From positions 1-50,369 of IMG/VR virus record IMGVR_UViG_3300031576_000066: a stretch of 50,369 bases of DNA. One strand, written 5' to 3'. This DNA comes from a virus. Lineage: Duplodnaviria; Caudoviricetes. Of the stretch, positions 8,997 to 18,592 are shown piece by piece; position 1 is the stretch's first letter, and each line of letters starts with the position of its first letter. A program made the translations under genes and the position numbers. Below the pieces are notes generated by a model, which did not search any database, was not told the DNA's origin, and saw only the letters and a list, made by a program, of their open reading frames with translations.

Positions 8997-9845
8997 ATGG
9001 CTATTACCACTGTCGCCAGCCTCAACAGCCTCTTCAATCTGATCTACGAAGACGCGCTGTTTGTGGCTCGCGAAACCAACCTGATGACGGCCTTGGTGCG
9101 GAACTTCAGCGCCAAGGGCTGGATGGCGCGCAAGCTGTCCATCCGCCCGCAGATCACGGCTCAGGCTAAGGCGGAGGGCATTGACTTCGCCAACCCCACC
9201 ACGTTTGGCTTGACCGAGAAAGCCACGCTCACGCCCGCAACGATCATGGCGCAAGTCCTGCTCACAGATGAGGACGTGGATACCGATCCCAATGCCGCCG
9301 TGCAGGACGCCTCTCAGGAACTCGGTGGCTCCATCGCCACCAAGATCGACAAAGACTTGGTAGGGGACTTCACCAGCTTCACCACGGACGTGGGTCCGGG
9401 CGCCGCACAGACCGCCACGATTGCGAAAGCCGCCAAGGGTGTGAGCGTGCTCCGCAACTCGCTGGCGCCGAACCCGCTCTACGTGGTTTGGCATCCCTAC
9501 CACTGGCACGACCTCTGGGTTGAGCTGGGCCAGCCAGCGGCGAACTTTGCCCTGCTGGGTGACATCGCCAACCAGGCGCTCAAAGATTTCTTCGTAGGTG
9601 TCTGGATCAACATCCAGCACTTCACGAGCGCCAACATCATCCCCGATGCCGGCGATGATGCCGTTTCCGGCATCTTCAACACCAACGCTCTGGGATTCGA
9701 CTCCCGCAAGGCTCCCACGATGGAAGATGAGCGCGATGCTTCCCGCCTGGCGACCGAGTTGAACATGAGCGCGGGTTATGCGCACGGCGTTCTTCGCACT
9801 GAGTTTGGTGTGAAGTACACCGCCGACGCCGCGACACCCACGTAA
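8997..9845 (+). CDS. major capsid protein (HK97 fold)
   Basis: AAGGAGGT RBS; ELGGSIATKIDKDL spine helix; VVWHPYHW; follows the scaffold. Confidence 0.85.
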   Translation: MAITTVASLNSLFNLIYEDALFVARETNLMTALVRNFSAKGWMARKLSIRPQITAQAKAEGIDFANPTTFGLTEKATLTPATIMAQVLLTDEDVDTDPNAAVQDASQELGGSIATKIDKDLVGDFTSFTTDVGPGAAQTATIAKAAKGVSVLRNSLAPNPLYVVWHPYHWHDLWVELGQPAANFALLGDIANQALKDFFVGVWINIQHFTSANIIPDAGDDAVSGIFNTNALGFDSRKAPTMEDERDASRLATELNMSAGYAHGVLRTEFGVKYTADAATPT

Positions 9846-9876
9846 GCAAGGGCTGACACCCAAAGGAGAAATTGAC

Positions 9877-10284
9877 ATGAGCGTTTTGAGTGGACGCCCC
9901 TTCCCGATAGCGATCCAGATCACCGACCCCGGCGCGGACATGCGCATCCCGCTTTTGCGCGTGCCTACAGGACACACCTACACGGTTGAGCGTTGCGACA
10001 TCGTTCCTGATACGACCGCCGCCGCCTCCACTGCCAACTATTGGGAGGCCGCGTTGGAAAACGCCGGCGTCTCAGGCACGGCGCAAGCCGTGATCAGCGG
10101 AACGGCAGGCGGCACGGCAGGCTGGGTGCTCAACACGCCGCAGAATGTCACCATCACCGCAGGCTCTGGCGACCTGACCGAAGGGCAGTACCTGAACCTC
10201 AAGTACAACGAGGAAGGCACCATCGCCCCAGGCCGTTTCACCGTGTTCCTTGAGGTCGTGGACGGCATCGGTTCCAAGGCGTAA
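9877..10284 (+). CDS. putative capsid decoration/cement protein
   Basis: AAGGAG RBS; small beta-rich protein directly after the major capsid gene. Confidence 0.5.
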   Translation: MSVLSGRPFPIAIQITDPGADMRIPLLRVPTGHTYTVERCDIVPDTTAAASTANYWEAALENAGVSGTAQAVISGTAGGTAGWVLNTPQNVTITAGSGDLTEGQYLNLKYNEEGTIAPGRFTVFLEVVDGIGSKA

Positions 10285-10318
10285 GAGAGCTGGTACAGGC
10301 TCAAGCCTGATAGACAGC

Positions 10319-10428
10319 AGGGCGGGGGTGAACCCCGAACGGGCAATGCTGCGCGACTCCCGGCGCGCACGCATCCCCCGCCCTTCAAACACCAAAGCCG
10401 GGAGAGCCACCGGGAGGGGCTTCAGGCA
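10319..10428 (+). promoter_or_regulatory. structured 5' leader (three-way junction with possible pseudoknot over the RBS)
   Basis: AGGGCGGGGG/CCCCCGCCCT stem; loop CTCCCGG is complementary to two downstream CCGGGAG copies. Confidence 0.5.
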
Positions 10429-11610
10429 ATGCGTATCCTACTTTACTCAAATCCGATCTGGGGGAAAACAGGTTATAGCTCAGCAGCTAAACACCTGCTC
10501 ACGCACCTTAACAACTTAGGTCACGAAGTGGCTATGTTCGTCAACTACGGACTCAAGGGTGGCGCTATCAGTGCCGATGGAATGGTGTTTTACCCGACCT
10601 ACATTGATGTCTGGGGAAACGACCTCATGCAGGCCCACGCCAATGACTTCCGCGCCGATCTGATCATCACGATCTATGACGCCTGGCCGCTCAAGTTCGA
10701 GAAGTTCACCACGCCCACCGCGGCCTGGGCGCCGATTGACCACCAGCCGGCGCCTGACGATGTGCTCAAGGCTCTGACGCACGCCAACTGGCCGATCTCG
10801 TTCAGCGAGTTTGGGCAGGGCGAACTTGTGAAAGCCGGCCTGAAGGATGCACGCTTCATCCCGCTAGGCGTGGATTGTGAAGTCTACAAGCCTCTCCCGC
10901 AGGCAGAAGCTCGCGACCGGCTGGGACTGCCTCAAGGCAAATTCATCGTGGGAATGGTGGGGACCAACGTCACCTACCCCACGCGCAAGTGCATCCCGCA
11001 AGTGCTGGCGGCCTTCCAGCGTTTCAACGAGTGCTACCCGGACTCTCTGCTCTATCTGCACACCGAGGAAACAGGGCAACAGGGCAAGGGCATCAAAGTA
11101 TCGTCACTGCTCAATAACCTGAACCTTGGGCCGGATAAGGTAAGGCTCTGTGACCAGTATCACAACGCGATTGGCTTTCCAGAGTCGTACATGGTGGACG
11201 TTTACAACGCCATTGACCTGCTCGCACAGCCCAGCATGTCGGAGGGCTTCGGCCTTCCGATTATCGAAGCGCAAGCCTGCGGCACGCTCGTGCTCACCAA
11301 TGATTGCACCTCCATGACCGAACTATTGGCCGGTGGCTGGCTCATCACAGATTACGAGCGCTGGTGGTCCCAGCAAATGGCCTGGCAGGTCATCCCGCAC
11401 GAGAAAGCCATCATCGAGGCCTTCGAGGACGCCTACCGGTTGAAGCACGGCCATGAGCGCGAACCGGACGGCGGCGAATGGACCAAGCGTAAGACGACCG
11501 CACGGCAGTACACGGTTGCCGGCTACGACTTCAAGACGCAGATCGCGCCCAGGTGGACTCAATTTCTGACAGAGATTGAGCCGGAGTTAGCCATCCCTGT
11601 AAAGGCGTAG
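10429..11610 (+). CDS. glycosyltransferase family 4 (GT-B)
   Basis: EGFGLPIIEAQACG (E-x7-E) motif, RK motif, IPLGVD. Confidence 0.92.
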   Translation: MRILLYSNPIWGKTGYSSAAKHLLTHLNNLGHEVAMFVNYGLKGGAISADGMVFYPTYIDVWGNDLMQAHANDFRADLIITIYDAWPLKFEKFTTPTAAWAPIDHQPAPDDVLKALTHANWPISFSEFGQGELVKAGLKDARFIPLGVDCEVYKPLPQAEARDRLGLPQGKFIVGMVGTNVTYPTRKCIPQVLAAFQRFNECYPDSLLYLHTEETGQQGKGIKVSSLLNNLNLGPDKVRLCDQYHNAIGFPESYMVDVYNAIDLLAQPSMSEGFGLPIIEAQACGTLVLTNDCTSMTELLAGGWLITDYERWWSQQMAWQVIPHEKAIIEAFEDAYRLKHGHEREPDGGEWTKRKTTARQYTVAGYDFKTQIAPRWTQFLTEIEPELAIPVKA

Positions 11611-11613
11611 GAC

Positions 11614-12345
11614 ATGCCCACCGAGTTTGAAACACTGCGCGCCCAGGCCGTAGACGGCACACACCTGCCGCTCTCAAAGAACCTGCTTGAGTCATTCCCG
11701 CGCCTGGTGGCCAATCCAGGCATAAGCCCGCGCACAGACCTGCATTACCAGGACTATGACTTACGCGGTGCCATCGCCTGCACCGCCGCTGAGGCCAACA
11801 TTCTCGACCACCTGGCCTTTTACGCTGGTCCGAAGTATGCGGTTGAAATCGGCTCGGCGACCGGCTGGAGCACAGCGCACATCGCGCAATCGTGCAACCT
11901 GGTCTGTATCGACCCGTTCACCGAGGTGAAGCCGCGGATTGACGGACTCAACCCAGCCATGCGCTTTTGGGAAAACATCGAGGCCTGCGGGCTGGATAAC
12001 AAGGTGGAGCTAATCAGACTCCCATCCCCTGAAGCGCTCGACCACCTGAGCGACCAGGTTGATTTTGCCTTCGTGGACGGACATCACGGAGATGGGCAGC
12101 CGCTCAGAGATGCACAGGGGTTGCTCCATCACCTGACCGATCATGCTCTGGTGGTCTGGCACGACTCTGAGCTAAGGGATGTTAGGGAGGCCATCACCTT
12201 CATGCAACGCGATGGATGGGTTTCGCGCGGACTCCTTACTTCCAATTGGCTGGTCGTCATGTGGCGCAGGGGCAGACAACCGGACTGGTGGGAGATGGTC
12301 GTAAAACTCGTGAACGGCAAGGGCCTCTTGATGGAGGCTCCATGA
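11614..12345 (+). CDS. class I SAM methyltransferase (Methyltransf_24-like)
   Basis: VEIGSATGWST, CIDPF, DFAFVDGHH, VVWHD. Confidence 0.85.
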   Translation: MPTEFETLRAQAVDGTHLPLSKNLLESFPRLVANPGISPRTDLHYQDYDLRGAIACTAAEANILDHLAFYAGPKYAVEIGSATGWSTAHIAQSCNLVCIDPFTEVKPRIDGLNPAMRFWENIEACGLDNKVELIRLPSPEALDHLSDQVDFAFVDGHHGDGQPLRDAQGLLHHLTDHALVVWHDSELRDVREAITFMQRDGWVSRGLLTSNWLVVMWRRGRQPDWWEMVVKLVNGKGLLMEAP

Positions 12346-13028
12346 AGATCGTCGCCTGCATCACCACACGCAACGAGGCGCGCTCAATTGGCTTGCTGGT
12401 GGGAAAGCTGATCGCTGGCGACTTTGACGCCGTGCTCGTCGTTGACGACGCCAGCACCGACGGCACCGCCGAGATAGCGAAGAACGATGGGGCGATGGTA
12501 TTCAATAACAAGCGGCGGCTGGGCATGGCGGCAAGCATCCTGCTTGGCTGGCGTTTGGCGCTATCGCTGGATGCTGGACTCGTTTTGCAGATTGACGCGG
12601 GCGGTTCGCACAACCCGGTGGACGCCTGGAAGTTTATCTCGCCCGGCTTCGCCCAGCCTGCCGATCTGGTCATCGGCTCGCGCTTTTGCAAGGGGGCGCG
12701 GTACGTGGGTCGGTCTTGGCGGGCAGTGATGAGCAGGGCGGCGGCGGTCGCCTGCAATTTGGCCCAGCCTGGCGCGCGCTGGTCAGACTGGACATCGGGA
12801 TACCGGGCCTACTCCGCGCTGGCATTACGGGTATTGACGGAGAGGGCCTACCGGAGTCGGATGCACGGCTTCCAGATTGAGACGCTGGCGAGGGCAGGCG
12901 CGGCGGGCTTGAGCATCACAGAAGTGCCCATCACCTACACCGCCGGCGAGTCGGCCTTCAACAGTCAGATCGCCGCCGAGTGTTTTAGAGCCTGGTGGGA
13001 TGTGATGCGCGCCAGACTGGAAAGATAA
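12342..13028 (+). CDS. glycosyltransferase family 2 (polyprenol-phosphate mannose synthase-like)
   Basis: T.NEA, VVDDASTDGT, QIDAGGSH, DLVIGSRF, DWTSGYRAY. Confidence 0.9.
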   Translation: MKIVACITTRNEARSIGLLVGKLIAGDFDAVLVVDDASTDGTAEIAKNDGAMVFNNKRRLGMAASILLGWRLALSLDAGLVLQIDAGGSHNPVDAWKFISPGFAQPADLVIGSRFCKGARYVGRSWRAVMSRAAAVACNLAQPGARWSDWTSGYRAYSALALRVLTERAYRSRMHGFQIETLARAGAAGLSITEVPITYTAGESAFNSQIAAECFRAWWDVMRARLER

Positions 13029-13032
13029 CGAG

Positions 13033-13752
13033 ATGAGGATCGCGCTTGGCTCAATCTTCCGCAATTCAACCGGCTCACTGGAGCGCTATTTCAGGCAGGT
13101 CGAAGCGTTGGCGGTGCAACTGAGAAGCCGGGGCGACACGCTCAGGCTGATTCTGGCCGAGGGGGACAGCATAGACGGCACGTATGACGAACTGCATTAC
13201 CACCTGGACTCGCGGGAGGGAGCGATCAACATGCACGACAGCAAGTTGATCCAGGTCAACCACGGCGGGCCGGTCTTTGGCAGTGTGAACGATGAGCAGA
13301 GGTGGCGGAACATCTCCAAGGTCTGCAACGACCTGCTCGATCTGGTGACGCCGCAGGATGACATCCTGATCTATGTGGAGAGTGACCTGATCTGGCAGCC
13401 CGTCAGCATGACGGCCCTGATCGACTTGGCCGAACTCTCGCGCTTCGATGTCGTCGTTCCCATGTGCCTGGCAGAGGGCACTGACCGCTTCTATGACATC
13501 TGGGGACACCGGCGCAGGGGTCTGGGCTTCCGGCCAGAACCGCCCTATCACCCGGACCTTGAGTTGCACAGGGGATACACGGCCCTGGGGATGGATAGCG
13601 CGGGCAGTTGCTTGGTGATGAAAGGGCACGTCGCGCTCAACACGCGCTTTGACCCGCCCGAGCACGGCATTGTGGGCTGGTGTGAGGACATCCGCCGCAA
13701 GGGTTACAGCATCTGGCTCCAGCCAGCGGTGAAGGTCGAGCACCCGATATAG
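13033..13752 (+). CDS. GT-A fold glycosyltransferase (Anp1/GT2-like)
   Basis: EGDSIDGT, YVESDL, FYDIWG, DSAGSCLVM and C-terminal V.H. Confidence 0.7.
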   Translation: MRIALGSIFRNSTGSLERYFRQVEALAVQLRSRGDTLRLILAEGDSIDGTYDELHYHLDSREGAINMHDSKLIQVNHGGPVFGSVNDEQRWRNISKVCNDLLDLVTPQDDILIYVESDLIWQPVSMTALIDLAELSRFDVVVPMCLAEGTDRFYDIWGHRRRGLGFRPEPPYHPDLELHRGYTALGMDSAGSCLVMKGHVALNTRFDPPEHGIVGWCEDIRRKGYSIWLQPAVKVEHPI

Positions 13753-13760
13753 GAGGCAGT

Positions 13761-13943
13761 ATGGCAGAGCAAGCCAAAGCACCGCGCAAGTACATCCTCA
13801 TCAAAGGCGAGGAAACCGTCGAAGTTCTGGAGGGGCGCGAGGGGCGGCGCGACCAACTGATTCAGTACGGCTACGAGTGGACCAACAAGGCGGAGTTTGA
13901 GCCGACCGATAAACCCGCGCCAACTCGGTCGGATAAGAAGTAG
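13761..13943 (+). CDS. small hypothetical protein
   Basis: AGGAGG RBS, operon packing. Confidence 0.55.
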   Translation: MAEQAKAPRKYILIKGEETVEVLEGREGRRDQLIQYGYEWTNKAEFEPTDKPAPTRSDKK

Positions 13944-13967
13944 CACTGTTGTGGGGTGATGATCTAA

Positions 13968-14546
13968 ATGGCGATTCATTGGTATCTGCTCCCGTTCGAT
14001 AGTGCCACCAGCTCTCCCAAGCATCTGGAGCCGCCGGAGAATGGCGACCGCTGGGATAGCAAGCGTTATTTTCACGGCGACGCGGCCAGCTATGTGGCGC
14101 TGGTCAAAGCGGACATCAGCGATGTGCGCCACGCGCTGATTGCGGCGGATGTAGAGTGTGTGGTGCTTCCCGACCCGGATACCACCGTTCTGCCGGGTCA
14201 ACTCACAGTCATTCAAAACGTTCTCGAAGCACGGCATATACCGTCCGGCTGGGTCGCGGCGGGAATGACATTCCGACAAGTCTATCGGCGGGTTGCGTTG
14301 ATGGGTATCCTGTGGATGCGCTTTCGTGGCCGCACGCTGGGAGCTAATGTTTTTGGCGGCGGGGTGACGCTGGAGACGGCTGTCGCCAGCTTGCCAGTCA
14401 ATGTGCGCCAATCGTTAGCCGACATCGCGGATGAGTTTCAGATCGACCGCGCCGGCGTGGTGACGGTACGCGATGCGCTCGCGGCCTGGTATCAGTCGCC
14501 GGTCATTCAGGCTATGCCGATCATGATCTTGGGGGAGAGTCTGTAA
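13968..14546 (+). CDS. hypothetical protein (accessory structural block)
   Basis: ORF track; TAATG coupling to the next gene. Confidence 0.6.
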   Translation: MAIHWYLLPFDSATSSPKHLEPPENGDRWDSKRYFHGDAASYVALVKADISDVRHALIAADVECVVLPDPDTTVLPGQLTVIQNVLEARHIPSGWVAAGMTFRQVYRRVALMGILWMRFRGRTLGANVFGGGVTLETAVASLPVNVRQSLADIADEFQIDRAGVVTVRDALAAWYQSPVIQAMPIMILGESL

Positions 14547-15358
14547 TGCCCTTCCCAACGCTCGGAATCCTGGACGCCTTCACCCGCGCCGATCAAGACC
14601 CGGATACCGGAGCGTTGTGGGGCGGCGGGGTTGAAACAGCGGGCATCGGGCATCGTATCCTGAGCAATCAGGCGGCGCGCACGGCGGGATCGAATTTCGG
14701 TTCACGGACGGCCTCGATCTATGGCCCGAATTGCGAAGCCTACGTTTCTATTCCCACGTTTCCAGTTCTCACCGGCGATCTCGTTCGCCTTGTTTGCAGA
14801 ACGCAGGAGGTGGGCGGATTCAATTGGGATGGCTATGAGGCGCATATCGATGTGAATACGGCCGGCAATGAAACGCTCCGCATCCGGGAAGTTCTTAATC
14901 AGGCTCCCACCACGCTCGCCAGTGATACCACGCGCAACATGGCTTCTGGCGATAAGCTGGGCTTTGAATGTATTGGCACGGCTTTGAAGCTCTATAACGT
15001 CGAGGGCGGCGGGGCCTGGACAGAGCGGGTCAGTACGACCGATGCGACTTACTCTGTTGCAAACTATATGGGGATGATCCTCGTCGAAGCAGTGGCGACC
15101 GCCCGCCTGGACGACTTTGGCGGCGGTGAGCTGTCGCCCACCTATGAGCAGGAAGGCTACCGTTTTCGGAATGACGACGGCAATGAAAGCGCGGCCACCT
15201 GGCTGGCGGCGCAAGATACAAACATTACTCGCGCGGCTTTGATCAACACGCGACTGCGAACGTTGACCGATACGGCGGGCGGCGATCCGCCGTCACGACG
15301 GCTCAAACAGAAGTATCGCAGAGCGGGCGATGACGGCTGGCGCGATCTAAAGGCATAG
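14546..15358 (+). CDS. putative virion protein, concanavalin/lectin-like beta-sandwich
   Basis: DAFTRAD N-terminus, beta-strand pattern ending in ARLDDFGGG. Confidence 0.5.
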   Translation: MPFPTLGILDAFTRADQDPDTGALWGGGVETAGIGHRILSNQAARTAGSNFGSRTASIYGPNCEAYVSIPTFPVLTGDLVRLVCRTQEVGGFNWDGYEAHIDVNTAGNETLRIREVLNQAPTTLASDTTRNMASGDKLGFECIGTALKLYNVEGGGAWTERVSTTDATYSVANYMGMILVEAVATARLDDFGGGELSPTYEQEGYRFRNDDGNESAATWLAAQDTNITRAALINTRLRTLTDTAGGDPPSRRLKQKYRRAGDDGWRDLKA

Positions 15359-15361
15359 ACG

Positions 15362-16339
15362 ATGGCCTGGAAACTCCCCGACAAAGGCGAAGGCGACAAC
15401 GACTTGCAGAGCACACCCTTCCGGGAGTATTTTGATGTGCTCGTGGCGGGCCTCAGTGGTATAGATTGCGTGCTGTCCGGCGGGGTCGTCACGGGCGGGG
15501 CCGATATGACCCCGGCCGTCGCCAAATGCGCGGTGCTGAGTAACGGCACGCTGTTTGCTGTGGCCGCCGCTGATGTGACCATATCAGCGGCGGATGCGAC
15601 CAACCCGCGCCTGGACCTGATTGTAGTGAACTCGTCCGGCGCGTTGGCGGTGCGGGCGGGGACCGCGGCGGCAAACCCCAAACCGCCCGCCCGCACTGCG
15701 AACGATGTAGTGCTGGCGGTGGTCTATGTACCTCCCAATGACACTGCGATTGCGACCACCCAAATTGTCGATATGCGCGTGATGCGTGAGCGCGGTCCGA
15801 TCTGCATCTACAAGACGACCACCGCAGAAGTCACTAATACCACCGCCGCCGCTATCGAAGCCCTGAACAAAGCCAATGCGGGCGTCACGATTCCGAGCGG
15901 TCTATTCCTGGCCGGCCGCATCTTGCGCGTGCGTTTGGGCGGCAACCTATTACTCAACTCTGGCACTTCAACGGTGCGCTTCGCGGTGCTGTACGGCGGC
16001 ACAACGATGTTTTCAGTCATCTCAGGCGCATCTTCTAATAGCGCCAACCGGCGTGCCTGGTGGCTGGATTTTGACCTCACCGCTCAAGGCAATGCTGATC
16101 AGTCGGTTGTGGGGCATGGAGAAGTTCAAGACCCGGCCTTGACGCCGGTAGCTCCCACCAACGGTATCGGGAACCTGTTTAGCGGCACAGGCACGACGGA
16201 AGGGCCAGCGCCGTTCTCTGGTTCAGCGGCGGTTGACTCGGACGCGGCCAATCGCCTTCTGTCGGTGCAGGTCACTTTTTCGGTGAGCAACGCGGCGGTT
16301 GAGTTGGTGGTGGAGTCGGCAACGGTGGAGATCGAATAA
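15362..16339 (+). CDS. putative virion fibre protein
   Basis: AADATNPRLDLIVV...GTAAANPKPP...LAVVYVP module typical of phage fibre proteins. Confidence 0.6.
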   Translation: MAWKLPDKGEGDNDLQSTPFREYFDVLVAGLSGIDCVLSGGVVTGGADMTPAVAKCAVLSNGTLFAVAAADVTISAADATNPRLDLIVVNSSGALAVRAGTAAANPKPPARTANDVVLAVVYVPPNDTAIATTQIVDMRVMRERGPICIYKTTTAEVTNTTAAAIEALNKANAGVTIPSGLFLAGRILRVRLGGNLLLNSGTSTVRFAVLYGGTTMFSVISGASSNSANRRAWWLDFDLTAQGNADQSVVGHGEVQDPALTPVAPTNGIGNLFSGTGTTEGPAPFSGSAAVDSDAANRLLSVQVTFSVSNAAVELVVESATVEIE

Positions 16340-16786
16340 ATGCCAATGTCGGAAGGCCCCGGTTTTTTGTTTGGGAGTCCAAATTCCTTCATGGGTTATG
16401 GCGCTATGGGTGCTCCTGATACGGTAGCGGCCTTCATCCTGTCTGCGAGTGCGAACATTGCGGCGGGGGGTGAAAATACGACCGCTCAATTGACGGCCCC
16501 AGCGAGTGGGACGTTTGGAGGGGGTCGCATTCAGGATGATGAGAATCCAGGGGATGCTGTTGACCCGGCGAGCAATCAATACCGCGAGGATGAGTGGTGT
16601 ATGCAAGCAACAGCGGCGGCGATTGTTGGGGCGGTGTATGAGTTTCGATTGGTCTTTGATAACGAAGACCTGTTTGATACTTACACCGTCACGCCGCAGT
16701 GGACGATTGCGGCAACAGGCAAGGGGATTCCGCCTGGACTCATTCGCCGTCCGAATCGTTCCGAAATAAGGAGAGTCTATGGGTAG
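16340..16786 (+). CDS. putative virion protein
   Basis: Abutting genes; TTAQLT...DENP...EW...YEFR motif. Confidence 0.55.
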   Translation: MPMSEGPGFLFGSPNSFMGYGAMGAPDTVAAFILSASANIAAGGENTTAQLTAPASGTFGGGRIQDDENPGDAVDPASNQYREDEWCMQATAAAIVGAVYEFRLVFDNEDLFDTYTVTPQWTIAATGKGIPPGLIRRPNRSEIRRVYG

Positions 16787-17264
16787 GATATTTGCAATCC
16801 CATTCACCGCTACGGTGACAAATGCAGGCGGAAACGTCGATCTGTGGGAAGTGCTACCGGGAGACGATAAGCCGGTTTTATTGCGCCGCCTGGTGCTAGG
16901 GCAAGTCTCTGAAGTCGGAGACGCCGCCGAGGAGGGCCTGGAGATTCAAATCCTCCGCATGAACGCCACGGTTACAGGCGGGAGCGGCGGCGCGGCGGGT
17001 GCTCCTGAGTGCTTGGGCGAGCATGGCGTTAGCCCTGGCTTTACCTGCGAGACGAACAACACGACCGTTGCAACCACCTCTGGCACGACCGACATCTTAG
17101 ACGAGATCGCTTGGAACAATCGCGGCTCGCCGTGTGAATTTTGGTGGTCGGAGGATAAGTATGCCCCGCGTGTTCAGCAAGGCGAGGGCCTGTTTATTCG
17201 CCAGGCGACCACGGCAGCCGATGATTACACCTTCGCCGGGACGATCTACGTCGAGGAGCTGTAA
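16779..17264 (+). CDS. putative virion protein
   Basis: AAGGAG RBS; Thr/Gly-rich beta protein ending YVEEL. Confidence 0.55.
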   Translation: MGRIFAIPFTATVTNAGGNVDLWEVLPGDDKPVLLRRLVLGQVSEVGDAAEEGLEIQILRMNATVTGGSGGAAGAPECLGEHGVSPGFTCETNNTTVATTSGTTDILDEIAWNNRGSPCEFWWSEDKYAPRVQQGEGLFIRQATTAADDYTFAGTIYVEEL

Positions 17265-17271
17265 CTAAGCG

Positions 17272-18591
17272 ATGCCCACGCGGGTTATTCCTCAATATCT
17301 GAGGGTTCGCCGCCGCCGATGGATTCCGCCGTCGAAAGTCGGTGGAACGACCTACACGCAAGACTTGGCTGGGGTCATCACACCAGCGGGCGCGCTGTTC
17401 AAGAGCGTTTCAAAACTGCCCGCCGGGGCCGTGACGCCAGCCGGTGCGCTCGTGAGGCTGATCGACAAGTTGACCGCCGGGGCCATGACGCCAGCCGGTG
17501 CGTTGGCGAAACTGATCGACAAACTTCTAGCGGGCGGAGTCACCCCGGCGGGCGCGATCACCAACCTGCGCACCATTGGGCAGTCGAATGCGGGCACCAT
17601 CACTCCCGCGAGCGCGTTGGTGAAGGATGTGAGCAAGGGAGTCGCTGGAACGATTACGCCCGTCGGCGCGCTGAGCAAACTAATCAGCAATTTCTCTGCG
17701 GGCAGCATCACGCCCGGCGGGGTATTGGTGAGACTGGCGCAGAAGGGACTCTCTGGCCTCATCACGCCCGCCTCAGCGATTGTGCAGGCAGTGAGTAAGG
17801 CCATTGCCGGGGTCATCACGCCAACCGGCGCGCTGAGCAAACTAATCAGCAATTTCTCTGCGGGCAGCATCACTCCAGCGGGCGCGCTTGCCAAGTTGGT
17901 GAGCAAATTCCCAGCCGGAACTATCACGCCCGCCGGGGCGCTCACCGCGGTCAAAATAGTGCTCCAGACGTTGGTCGGCACTATAACGCCGACGGGCAGC
18001 CTGAGCAAGAGCATCACTCAGGCGTTATCTGGACTGCTGACGTCAGGCGGGGCGCTCGCCAAGTTGGTGAGCAAGTTCCCAACCGGGACCATCACGCCCT
18101 CGGGTGCGTTGGCTATGGTCAAGGTAGTGCTCCAGACGCTCACCGGACTCATCACTCCTGGCGGGGCGCTGGCGAAAAACGCACAGAAAGGCCTCAGCGG
18201 CTCGGCAGCGCCTGCGGGGCAGTTGAGTAAGGCAGACAGCAAGACGCTCAGTGGCTCCCTTGTGCCAGCCGGGGCGCTGGCAAAGCTGGTGAGTTTGGCA
18301 AAGAGCGGGGCAGTCGGACTATCCGGCAGTGTCACCCGCGCGCTGACCAAGACCGTGGCGGGAGTCATCACGCCGGCGGGCGCGTTGCTGAAGCAAGCAA
18401 CAAAGATGCTCAGCGGACTACTGGCGCCAATCGGTGCGCTGATTCAGTCAATCATCAGCACTATCAAGGCGGACGTGGCGATCTCGTTCGCCGCCGTGAC
18501 CAACCTGACGGTCACAGATTCGGGAGCCAGTCTGCTCGCAGTGACCAACGCATTAGTCGGACGGCTCACTATGTCCGATACGTCGAGGTGA
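17272..18591 (+). CDS. repeat fibre protein with ~20 copies of an 18-aa repeat
   Basis: Consensus [AS]GxITPxGALxKxxxKxx; exact 48-bp duplication at 17664-17711 and 17826-17873. Confidence 0.75.
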   Translation: MPTRVIPQYLRVRRRRWIPPSKVGGTTYTQDLAGVITPAGALFKSVSKLPAGAVTPAGALVRLIDKLTAGAMTPAGALAKLIDKLLAGGVTPAGAITNLRTIGQSNAGTITPASALVKDVSKGVAGTITPVGALSKLISNFSAGSITPGGVLVRLAQKGLSGLITPASAIVQAVSKAIAGVITPTGALSKLISNFSAGSITPAGALAKLVSKFPAGTITPAGALTAVKIVLQTLVGTITPTGSLSKSITQALSGLLTSGGALAKLVSKFPTGTITPSGALAMVKVVLQTLTGLITPGGALAKNAQKGLSGSAAPAGQLSKADSKTLSGSLVPAGALAKLVSLAKSGAVGLSGSVTRALTKTVAGVITPAGALLKQATKMLSGLLAPIGALIQSIISTIKADVAISFAAVTNLTVTDSGASLLAVTNALVGRLTMSDTSR

Positions 18592-18592
18592 T

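Noticed and set aside
9690-9706. GGGATTCGACTCCC T-arm look-alike
   Set aside because: Lies inside the major capsid coding sequence (GFDSR) with no acceptor stem.
8580-9977. 465-aa minus-strand ORF and similar long shadow ORFs (e.g. 48921..49910, 13704..14411)
   Set aside because: Antisense shadows of well-supported genes in GC-rich DNA; no motifs.
10300-10320. Hammerhead ribozyme core
   Set aside because: CTGATAG does not match CUGANGA, and there is no correctly placed GAAA.
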